64,000 bases of DNA from Candidatus Nomurabacteria bacterium (lineage in GTDB: Bacteria > Patescibacteriota > Minisyncoccia > Phycocordibacterales > UBA9973), in the NCBI GenBank assembly GCA_943348755.1, contig CALQYS010000001.1, positions 69,963 to 133,962 on the forward strand, in the 5' to 3' direction. Position 1 is the first letter of the stretch; each line of letters opens with the position of its first letter. The position numbers and the translations under genes were made by a program. Below are positions 30,938-39,264 of the stretch, in pieces. The notes beneath the pieces are model-generated. The model was not told the DNA's origin. It ran no database searches and worked only from the letters and a program-made list of their open reading frames with translations.

Positions 30938-32221
30938 TTAGTTCTTGCCTAACGCAGACTTGCCTATATCTTTTCTATACTGCATCCCTTCAAATGATAT
31001 TTTTTCGATAGCTTTGTAAGCTTTATCAAGTGCTTCCTTCATAGAGCTTCCAGTCGCTGAGACTCCAAGTACTCGTCCGCCGTTAGTTGTGAGGTCTTGC
31101 CTAACAATTTTAGTGCCCGCATGAAAGATAATGACGTCTGGCTGCATACCTGCTTCCATTATTCCAGAAATTACTTTGCCTTTTTCGTAACTCCCTGGAT
31201 ATCCACCTGAAGCAATAGCAATATTACATGCATATAGCTCTTTCCACTTTATTTTTAAGTCAGTAATTTTCCCATCGATACTGGCGTCGACGATATCGAG
31301 CAAGTCAGTATCAAGCAGTCGCATATATGTCTGAGTCTCAGGGTCGCCAAAACGCGCATTGAATTCAAAAACCTTTGGGCCTTCGGGGGTTAGCATTATT
31401 CCCGGATACAAAATGCCCACAAATGGTCTGCCCTCCCTTGCCATGCCTTCGATTGTTGGTTTGATGATTTCTTTCTCAATCCTTTTCATCATAGCGCTGT
31501 CTATGAATGGTAGTGGCGCGATGACTCCCATGCCACCAGTGTTCGGACCGACGTTGCCGTCAAAGATACGCTTGTGGTCTTGAGAACAAGGAAACATCTT
31601 AAAAGACTTTCCGTCAGAAATGGCGTGGGCTGAGATCTCTATTCCAGATAAGTATTCTTCGATAACTACTTCATTCCCCGCGTTACCGAAAACTTTTTTT
31701 ACGAGTACATCTTCGAGAGACCTCAAGGCTTCTTCCTTAGTTTGAGCCACAGTCACCCCTTTGCCGAGCGCGAGTCCGCTTGCTTTGATGACCACAGGTA
31801 CTGCCCCCTTTTCAACATACTTTTTTGCCTTCTCAAAATCATTAAATACTTCGTATTTTGCAGTGGGGACACCATGCCTCTTCATGAAGTCCTTCGCATA
31901 CGCTTTGGACCATTCGAGCTCGCTCGCAGCCTTTGTGGGGCCCCAGATGCGCAAACCTTCAGCCCTAAATGCATCGACTATACCTAGCGAGAGAGGATCA
32001 TCAGGCAAAGCCAGTGTTAGATCTATCTTTTCTCTCTTAGCGAATTCTACTAGTTTTGGGATATCTGTGGCAGAAATGGTAACGTTTGTCCCTAATTCAA
32101 GGGTGCCGGCATTACCTGGAGCAAAGTATAAACTTCCGGCTCGTTCAGACTGAGACACTTTCCACCCCACGGCATGTTCTCTACCTCCCCCGCCAATTAT
32201 TAAAATTTTCTGTTTTTGCAT
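30938..32221 (-). CDS. purD: Phosphoribosylamine--glycine ligase
   Basis: GGGGREHA, APGNAG, LE.SK...K, KA.GLA.GKGV, QDHKR..DG..GPNTGGMG, EFNARFGDPE, T.GGRVL. Confidence 0.97.
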   Translation of the reverse strand: MQKQKILIIGGGGREHAVGWKVSQSERAGSLYFAPGNAGTLELGTNVTISATDIPKLVEFAKREKIDLTLALPDDPLSLGIVDAFRAEGLRIWGPTKAASELEWSKAYAKDFMKRHGVPTAKYEVFNDFEKAKKYVEKGAVPVVIKASGLALGKGVTVAQTKEEALRSLEDVLVKKVFGNAGNEVVIEEYLSGIEISAHAISDGKSFKMFPCSQDHKRIFDGNVGPNTGGMGVIAPLPFIDSAMMKRIEKEIIKPTIEGMAREGRPFVGILYPGIMLTPEGPKVFEFNARFGDPETQTYMRLLDTDLLDIVDASIDGKITDLKIKWKELYACNIAIASGGYPGSYEKGKVISGIMEAGMQPDVIIFHAGTKIVRQDLTTNGGRVLGVSATGSSMKEALDKAYKAIEKISFEGMQYRKDIGKSALGKN

Positions 32222-32234
32222 CAGATTATATAAA

Positions 32235-32972
32235 TTAATATGCCAATGCTGTATCGTTATTTACACTTCTGACAGCTTGATTATAATAATATTTAACTCT
32301 ATCTAAAAAATGTGATAAAGAATTAGGATCCACATTTTCATAGCCAAATTCATATAGTGTATTATTTAATCTTTCCAAATTTCTAATTTCTACATGTTCT
32401 ATGGGTACTGCCTTGATTAAATTATCCATATCCCCGAAAACGAAATCTATCTCTGTTGGCTCATCTTTAGTTAAAATAAAGAAAGGTACATCATCTTTAT
32501 AAATTTCAATTCCCTCATGCGCTGCTTTTAAGCCTTCAGTAAAAAATTCTTCCAGAAATCTATCTAAATTAGAAAATTCTTTTATTTTTGGTCTACCAAA
32601 GCTTTCTACCGTGACCCTTCTGTGATTTTTGCTTCCAATACATATTTGATTATCTTTAAAACCCGTTGTCATCAATATACTCTCATTATCTTCACCTATT
32701 CTAAATGTTAGGAACACCCTTAAACCAGCCTTTTTTGCTCGAGAATAATTTTCAAATGCAAAGCTAGCCCTTTGAGTCGCACTACGCCACTCATTTGCTA
32801 AATATTTTTTTATTATAAATCTTTTTTTATGACCACCGATTTCAACCACTGCGTCAAAAATATTTCCGAAATTTCCTCCGTTAATTTTCTTTTCACTAAT
32901 TATTTCTACTTCAGTTTTCCCCCCAGTATCTTTTCTGAAAGAAAACCCAGTTGGTTCAAATTCGTTACTCAT
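32235..32972 (-). CDS. AT-rich hypothetical protein with possible kinase-like fold
   Basis: INGGNFGNIF (Gly-loop-like), FIIKK (VAIK-like), YKDD, FVFGDMD (DFG-like). Confidence 0.55.
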   Translation of the reverse strand: MSNEFEPTGFSFRKDTGGKTEVEIISEKKINGGNFGNIFDAVVEIGGHKKRFIIKKYLANEWRSATQRASFAFENYSRAKKAGLRVFLTFRIGEDNESILMTTGFKDNQICIGSKNHRRVTVESFGRPKIKEFSNLDRFLEEFFTEGLKAAHEGIEIYKDDVPFFILTKDEPTEIDFVFGDMDNLIKAVPIEHVEIRNLERLNNTLYEFGYENVDPNSLSHFLDRVKYYYNQAVRSVNNDTALAY

Positions 32973-32984
32973 TTTTTTATTATC

Positions 32985-33596
32985 CTATAATTTTCCCAAA
33001 ACGTCCACATATAATTTATTTTCTTTTTTCTTAAGCCTTGAGTATAAAGATTCCACATTATCATTTTCTTCTACTTTTTCAAAAACTCTGCCTAAAACTG
33101 GCCCGAAATCAAAGTTTAAGGTCAAAAAGTGGATAGAGGAGCCGGCGAAGGTAGATTTTTGGTCTAAAAAGTTCTGGATAGCCTTAGTGGCGAGCATCCC
33201 TTTATTCCAAAGTGCCTTTGTGCCGTCTGGATTCTGTATTTCACCATTCGTAGTGTCTGGGATAAGCCCTGGGTGCAAATTCAAGATTTTATTTGGAAAA
33301 GCGGTGATGACTTCATTTAGAATTATTTTTTTCCAGCCAGCAAGGCACATGTAGTCGGGATTTATTTTTTGTAAAAGTGGAAGTAAAGTTTCCTTCTTCG
33401 AACATATTTCTATTTTCAGATTATGCTTTCTGGCTCGCTCCAACCCTGGAGTATTTTCCTTATCAGAGATCACAGCCGAGATTTCGGCATTAATTTTTCC
33501 AGATTCAACTCCGTCAATTATTGCTTGCAGGTTTGTGCCAGTGCCGGCATCAGAAATAAGAATGACAAGTTTCTTTTTAGTCTTTTGGGACATCAT
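32985..33596 (-). CDS. purN: Phosphoribosylglycinamide formyltransferase
   Basis: S..GTGTNLQAI, LAGW, LNLHPGL.P, G.SIH, D.GP. Confidence 0.9.
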   Translation of the reverse strand: MMSQKTKKKLVILISDAGTGTNLQAIIDGVESGKINAEISAVISDKENTPGLERARKHNLKIEICSKKETLLPLLQKINPDYMCLAGWKKIILNEVITAFPNKILNLHPGLIPDTTNGEIQNPDGTKALWNKGMLATKAIQNFLDQKSTFAGSSIHFLTLNFDFGPVLGRVFEKVEENDNVESLYSRLKKKENKLYVDVLGKL

Positions 33597-35025
33597 AATT
33601 TATCTCTTTTTCTCTTTCGTGTATTGGTATCGGATAAACTCCATCAAAGGACGCAAGAGAAAATCTAGATTTTGGCAGTCCGGTAGCCGCTATCATGCCC
33701 TCGATAGAGAGATATGAGACGGATGTTGCCCCCAAGAAATCCTTTATTTCTTTCATTGTCTTGTGCGAGGCGATAAGCTCTGATTGATTTGGGGTGTCAA
33801 TCCCATAAAAGTCTGGGAATTTTATCGGGGCAGAGCTGACCAAGAAGTGCACTTCTTTAGCACCAGCATCGAAAAGCATTTTTACGATTTGTTTACTTGT
33901 GGTTCCACGAACTATAGAATCATCCATCACGGCGATTTTTTCCCCTTCAATCACTTTTCGAAGTGGGCTTAGCTTCATCCTCACTTTTTCTGCGCGTAAT
34001 TCTTGAGTGGGCTCGATGAAGGTGCGGTTGATGTAGCGGTTTTTAGAAATGGCCATTTCAAATGGGATGCCTGACTCTTCTGCATAGCCTATAGCAGCTG
34101 AAATAGCTGATTCCGGCACTGGGATGATCATATCAACCTCATTTATACCGTGTCTGTAGTGCTTTTTGGTCTCTCGGGCCAGCATGCGGCCGAGGTTTTT
34201 CCTTACTTCATATACTGGTCTGTCTAACATCACACTGTCGTAGCGGGCAAAATAAACAAACTCAAAAATATCAAATTTAGGCTTAGCCTTTGCCACTTTT
34301 TTGCTTTTGACCACGATTTTACCCTTGCTTCTTTGGACGATTACCATTTCTCCTGGTTCTATTTCTCTGACAAATTTTGCTCCAAGCGTGTCTAGCGCAC
34401 ATGTCTCAGAACAAATTATTATCTCTTCGCCCTTTTTACCTAGGACCAAGGGACGAATCCCGCAAGGATCACGGAATCCGACCAAGATGTCCAAACCAAG
34501 TGCTACACAAGAAAATGCCCCAGTGAAAAGCGGATACGTCCTTGCGATAGCATCCGGGAGAGATTGGCCCTTTTTCATATACACGGCGATGGCCTGCGTC
34601 ATGAGCTGGGAGTCAGACATGTCTTTCGTCAGTTCGTTGTTCTTTTTTAAGAATTTAACCAATTTTTCGATACTAGGCAGATTGCCATTGTGCCCCAAAG
34701 CGAAAAGATTATCAAAAAGAAAGGGCTGAGCATATTCGACGTGGTTGCCGTTTGAAGTGGAGTAGCGGTTGTGTCCGATCGCAGCAAAACCTGGGAGCTT
34801 TTTTAAAATTTCTTCGGTGTAAATTTGGCTCACTAATCCTTCATTTTTATGTAAGCGAAGCTTGTTGCCATCAGTTGTGGCAATGCCAGAGTGTTCTTGT
34901 CCACGATGTTGAAGAGAAAATAGTCCGAAGTAAGTCTCTCTAGTTATTCTATTTTCCTTTTCCAGCGCTGGAGAATCAATATTTCCAAAAATTCCAAAAA
35001 CCGCGCACTTTTCGTTAAGATCCAT
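33577..35025 (-). CDS. purF: Amidophosphoribosyltransferase
   Basis: MDLNEK-CAVFG (propeptide plus Ntn Cys), LQHRGQ, GHNRYST, HNGNL, DDSIVRGTT. Confidence 0.97.
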   Translation of the reverse strand: MDLNEKCAVFGIFGNIDSPALEKENRITRETYFGLFSLQHRGQEHSGIATTDGNKLRLHKNEGLVSQIYTEEILKKLPGFAAIGHNRYSTSNGNHVEYAQPFLFDNLFALGHNGNLPSIEKLVKFLKKNNELTKDMSDSQLMTQAIAVYMKKGQSLPDAIARTYPLFTGAFSCVALGLDILVGFRDPCGIRPLVLGKKGEEIIICSETCALDTLGAKFVREIEPGEMVIVQRSKGKIVVKSKKVAKAKPKFDIFEFVYFARYDSVMLDRPVYEVRKNLGRMLARETKKHYRHGINEVDMIIPVPESAISAAIGYAEESGIPFEMAISKNRYINRTFIEPTQELRAEKVRMKLSPLRKVIEGEKIAVMDDSIVRGTTSKQIVKMLFDAGAKEVHFLVSSAPIKFPDFYGIDTPNQSELIASHKTMKEIKDFLGATSVSYLSIEGMIAATGLPKSRFSLASFDGVYPIPIHEREKEINYDVPKD

Positions 35026-35029
35026 TTTA

Positions 35030-35818
35030 TTATTTAAAATATTTAACTGCGTTTTTAAAAATCTGCAATCCTGCTCCTTCTTTTTTCACCCCGCCATGGA
35101 GGGGCAAGCCTTCCTTATTTATCTGCCACAGTGGACTTTGATGTGAAAACATTGCTCTCTCAGGATGTGGCATCATCCCTAAAACCCTCCCATTATATGC
35201 TAAAACTCCCGCAATGTCATGGTCCGAGCCGTTTGGGTTATGTTCTAGATTTTGAAACTTGGCTATCTCTCCTTTTGTATAAGTAAAGGCGATCTGCCCG
35301 CCTTTTTTCATCTTTCGGTATTCTTTTTCAGAAATGACGTAGCGACCCTCGCCGTGCGCTATCGGTAACGATATTTTCTTGATGCCTGCGAGCCATGGGC
35401 TACTCACCCCGCCATGGCGGGGTGAACCCGTAACTTTTAGATCTACCCAACGATCCATATAGCGTCCGTTTTTGTTGTAGGTTAGAGCCCCTGGTAATAT
35501 TCCCAAGTTGGTAATTATCTGAAAACCATTACAAATGCCGATGACGAGGGTGTCCCGAGATAGAAATTCCTCGAGTTCTTTTGATAAATGATTTTTAAAC
35601 TTATTCGCGAAAGCTTTTCCACTGCCTGTATCGTCCCCATAGGAAAATCCTCCAGGGAAAGCCAAAATTTGATACTGAGAAAGCATTTGGGGCTTGGCGA
35701 TTAAGTCGTTTATATGCACGATGTCCGCCAGCCCTCCCGCACTCTCAAAAGCGAACTTCGTTTCTTCTTCGCAATTGAGTCCATATCCGGATAAAATTAT
35801 AATTTTTGGTTTTTTCAT
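35030..35818 (-). CDS. purQ: FGAM synthase glutaminase subunit, with two palindromic inserts
   Basis: G.NCE.ET, PGGFSYGD, GICNGFQ, AHGEG, NPNGS, MMPHPER; start MKKPKI (upstream extension is the REP-like hairpin). Confidence 0.95.
   Translation of the reverse strand: MKKPKIIILSGYGLNCEEETKFAFESAGGLADIVHINDLIAKPQMLSQYQILAFPGGFSYGDDTGSGKAFANKFKNHLSKELEEFLSRDTLVIGICNGFQIITNLGILPGALTYNKNGRYMDRWVDLKVTGSPRHGGVSSPWLAGIKKISLPIAHGEGRYVISEKEYRKMKKGGQIAFTYTKGEIAKFQNLEHNPNGSDHDIAGVLAYNGRVLGMMPHPERAMFSHQSPLWQINKEGLPLHGGVKKEGAGLQIFKNAVKYFK
35086..35107. repeat. Degenerate copy of the 22-bp palindrome in purQ (LPLHGGV)
   Basis: tcaccccgccatggaggggcaa, 19/22 identical to 35404-35425. Confidence 0.72.
35404..35425. 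repeat. Perfect 22-bp palindrome in frame in purQ (SPRHGGV)
   Basis: tcaccccgccatggcggggtga equals its own reverse complement. Confidence 0.85.
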
Positions 35819-35830
35819 GTGATTTAATTC

Positions 35831-35887
35831 CCTCACCCCTTGCTTTCCCCTCTCCATTTAAGTAAATGGAGAGGGGCTGGGGAGAGG
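35831..35887. repeat. GC-rich REP-like hairpin between Cys-rich paralog 2 and purQ
   Basis: cctcacccc-N7-cccctctccattta-ag-taaatggagagggg-ct-ggggagagg. Confidence 0.8.
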
Positions 35888-37555
35888 TCAATACACCTCT
35901 TGCTGGTAACATTTCTCGCAGTAAATTTGGTATATTTTCTGATCCTCGGGTCTATAAGATGTTTGTATCAGATTACCACATTTAGCACAATTTCCACTCC
36001 ATAAGTCACGCGGGTTTCTTTTACTCATTCTGGCTTCATGTCGGCAGTTAAAGCACTTAGCTGGCAGGGCTAATCTATTCTTTTTATAAAAATTCACCTC
36101 TCTATTTATTAATCTGTAATTTTTCTCGCAATTTTTACAAGTTAGAATTTCATTAACTAATGCATCGCTGTATTCTTCAGGATTTTTAGGTAAATTTTCG
36201 TATTCTATTGTCCCCTGTCCAGTTGTGCTTGGTATATTATCTTTCCATTTAAAACCTTGCCTCGTAGCTTCCTCTTTTGTAATTGGCATGTACTCATTTA
36301 CTATCGCTTCATTATAAGCAAATGGGCTAATAAATGCTGGAAAGAATTTACCCCAGTCTCCACTTTCTTTCATCTGCGCGATTATTTTTTCTTTTAGCGT
36401 AAAGTATTCTTCCTTTGAATATTGTTTATTTAAAATACAGTAAGATTTCTTGCGTAGACCATAACATCCAAAAACTTCATTACAGTTGTGACAATTATTT
36501 GAGTAATAAATATTATGGCAATCTACTATCATCTCAGAGGCTATGGCTATGTTGCTGTTGCTTATAGTCATAGCCTGATAACATTCAGATAGATCGCTGG
36601 TGAAAGAAATATCATACGAATCTATGGCTTCTCTAACTGTAAAGCAATGCCTAGAGTTTTCACCGCTTTTTATATCAAAGGAATCATGTACATTGTGTGC
36701 ATTATATATATGGTTACCAGAAACATCATTATTGTGAGAGCCAAAGAAAGAGCGCTGAGGAGTTATTTTACGTAAACTCTCCATCTCTTTTAAAATATAT
36801 TCGATAGAAGACTTTTCATTTAGGGGGTGTTCTAATAAGAATTTTTTGTATTCTTCTTTTGTAACTTGTTTATTGAAAATATGATAGGACTTGTTTACTT
36901 GCCCCACGCATCCGATGCAATTCAAACAGTTTCGACAATCAAAAAGTCCAATGGAGTCTACACAAGCTTCACATTCTTGTGAATAGAAAAGTTTCGCTGA
37001 GCCTAGGCAATCAACACAGTCGTAACAAGATTCTGATTTAAATAAATATAAATTATCAATAGAATCTCGGCAATTCCAAACTATGTGTCCATAATCGCAG
37101 TCTTCGTTCTCAAGAGCACCAAAAAGTAAATAGCAATTTTTACAGTCAATTATTTGATTAGTGTAATCGCAATTAACACTTCTAACGGCATTACGAGCCG
37201 GATGTGGTACAGCGTTAAAAAGAAGAGCGAGTTGCTTAAAAAATGACTTACTTAGATCAACATCTACAGCATAATCCATGGGTTCCCAGCTATCCCCCCA
37301 CCAGATCTCATTATCATAAACTGGGAATTTTGTATCTTCGTTGTACATCGAGATGATCATTTTACCGGATTTACTGCAGGGTCTTTTGTATAAAGTCTTA
37401 AAATTCCTAAAGGATGCACGAAGTTGCTGACGACATTGTGGGCACTGTTCCGGGGCAGGTATTCCCATCTTTTCATAAAAGCCAAAATCATCCGGCTCGA
37501 TGACGAAATCTTCGTTGCACTTTTTACATATTCGATTTTCGCTCTTGTGTTCCAT
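35888..37555 (-). CDS. Cys-rich zinc-ribbon/repeat protein of unknown function (paralog 2)
   Basis: CKKC..DFVIEPDDFGFYEK...CPQCR ... YCEKCYQQEVY. Confidence 0.85.
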   Translation of the reverse strand: MEHKSENRICKKCNEDFVIEPDDFGFYEKMGIPAPEQCPQCRQQLRASFRNFKTLYKRPCSKSGKMIISMYNEDTKFPVYDNEIWWGDSWEPMDYAVDVDLSKSFFKQLALLFNAVPHPARNAVRSVNCDYTNQIIDCKNCYLLFGALENEDCDYGHIVWNCRDSIDNLYLFKSESCYDCVDCLGSAKLFYSQECEACVDSIGLFDCRNCLNCIGCVGQVNKSYHIFNKQVTKEEYKKFLLEHPLNEKSSIEYILKEMESLRKITPQRSFFGSHNNDVSGNHIYNAHNVHDSFDIKSGENSRHCFTVREAIDSYDISFTSDLSECYQAMTISNSNIAIASEMIVDCHNIYYSNNCHNCNEVFGCYGLRKKSYCILNKQYSKEEYFTLKEKIIAQMKESGDWGKFFPAFISPFAYNEAIVNEYMPITKEEATRQGFKWKDNIPSTTGQGTIEYENLPKNPEEYSDALVNEILTCKNCEKNYRLINREVNFYKKNRLALPAKCFNCRHEARMSKRNPRDLWSGNCAKCGNLIQTSYRPEDQKIYQIYCEKCYQQEVY

Positions 37556-37602
37556 TTCTATTTTACTTTATTTAAATAAATTACTTTACTAAACTAAAGT
37601 AG

Positions 37603-39264
37603 CTAGTATATCTCCTGTTGATAACATTTCTCACAGTATACTATTTCTGGACGATCTGGCGAATAGCTTGTTTCGAATTCATTCATACAGTCTTGATTCA
37701 TGCATTTTTGATGCCAAAGCTTTCTTTCACCAGCAAGTTTTATTCTCTTTTCATGTCTACAATTTGGACATTTTCGTGGTATAGGCAAGCCCATCTTTCG
37801 GTAAAGATTGAGCTCGTAAGGCACTATTTTGTAATTTTTTCCACATTCACAAACCAAAACCTCTTTCATTATTTCGTCTTTTACATCATCTATGTTGTCT
37901 GGCAAAAGATCCATATCTACGGTTTCCTGCTTGTATGTGTTTGTATTTTTTTCCCACCAAGGTAGAGAAAGTTTTTCACAATCCTCCTTTGTTAATGGAA
38001 AATATTCTTGAGCTACTGTCTCATTATATCCAAAATTACTTATACCGATCGGGAAAAATTCTCCCCATTCGCCAGTTTTTTTCATATGTTCTATTATTTT
38101 ATTTTTAAGGATGAGATATTCTTCTTTGGAATATTGTTTGTTTAAAATACAATATTTCTTTTTTGACATGCCTATACAACCGAATAAATCAGAAGAATTG
38201 TTGCATTTATCGCAATACCAAATGTCATTCGAGTAATGTGAGGCATTGCAGAAGCCGGAGCTGCCTAAATTCAAAGTGCTTATTAGTTCGATATTAAAAG
38301 ATGGTTTATATAAGGAAAAATCTAGGTCATAACATTCTTTCGCGTCCAATACATCGCATAGATATTTTCCATTTTCAGCATTACTGACATCGAAACTCTC
38401 TTTTACATTCTTACAATTAAAAAGATCATCTCCTGTGCAGTTCGTACTATTTATTAGATTAGCGAACTTCGTAATCGCTTTTTTGGAATACTTCCCGAAT
38501 TCTTTTTTCAGATTTTCTAAAGCAGAAAAAGATTTTTTATTAAAGCCCGAAACAATTTTATTGTATTCTTCCCTGCTGTATGGTTTATTAAAAATATGGT
38601 ATGACTTATTTCTCAAGTTCCAGCACCCAAAACAATCGGTACAACTCCTACAATCATACATAAAATGACAATTGCTGCAGTCCGTGCACTTATTTAGAAA
38701 AGATGAGCCGTAGATTTTATGGCAATTCACGCATTCGTAATTTAATTCAGAATTGTAAACAAAAGAGCAATCTATGCAGTCCTTGGAGTATTTAATAAAT
38801 TTACAAAAGTAGCAATATTCGTTTTTCTCTCCAGCTATATCAAAGTAACAATAATTATCATCTCCGCAATAGCTTACATAATCGCTATTTTTACAATTTA
38901 CGATGTCCAGTGAAAGTGTCGGGACTTTTTTATAAAGATCTTTAAATTGTTCAAAAAATGGCTTGGAAAAATTAAAATCTTTCCCATACGAAAGCGGGTT
39001 AGACTTATCGCTCCACCAGCAGGATGGACACCAGACGGCTTGCTCCTTATCTCCATGATAATATGAAATTATTTTTTGATTACATGAATTACAATTACGC
39101 CAGTAAAAAACCCTTTCGTTTCTGATGGCGAGTCTGCGCTGATGCCGGCATTCTGGGCAAAATGTCGGTGGTGGGACTTTTATTTTTTCATAAAATCCAA
39201 AATCATCCGGTTCGATCACGAATTCCTTTTTACAATTCTGGCAAATTTTATTTTCCGCTTTCAT
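37603..39264 (-). CDS. Cys-rich zinc-ribbon/repeat protein of unknown function (paralog 3)
   Basis: CQNC..EFVIEPDDFGFYEKIKVPPPTFCPECR ... YCEKCYQQEIY; start overlaps purL stop. Confidence 0.85.
   Translation of the reverse strand: MKAENKICQNCKKEFVIEPDDFGFYEKIKVPPPTFCPECRHQRRLAIRNERVFYWRNCNSCNQKIISYYHGDKEQAVWCPSCWWSDKSNPLSYGKDFNFSKPFFEQFKDLYKKVPTLSLDIVNCKNSDYVSYCGDDNYCYFDIAGEKNEYCYFCKFIKYSKDCIDCSFVYNSELNYECVNCHKIYGSSFLNKCTDCSNCHFMYDCRSCTDCFGCWNLRNKSYHIFNKPYSREEYNKIVSGFNKKSFSALENLKKEFGKYSKKAITKFANLINSTNCTGDDLFNCKNVKESFDVSNAENGKYLCDVLDAKECYDLDFSLYKPSFNIELISTLNLGSSGFCNASHYSNDIWYCDKCNNSSDLFGCIGMSKKKYCILNKQYSKEEYLILKNKIIEHMKKTGEWGEFFPIGISNFGYNETVAQEYFPLTKEDCEKLSLPWWEKNTNTYKQETVDMDLLPDNIDDVKDEIMKEVLVCECGKNYKIVPYELNLYRKMGLPIPRKCPNCRHEKRIKLAGERKLWHQKCMNQDCMNEFETSYSPDRPEIVYCEKCYQQEIY

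Noticed and set aside
34961-34972. 12-bp palindrome tccagcgctgga near the purF start
   Set aside because: Too short, with no similarity to the other element families; plausible by chance
35819-35857. N-terminal extension of PurQ (MERGKQGVRELNH)
   Set aside because: Read out of the REP-like hairpin; conserved PurQ begins at MKKPKI
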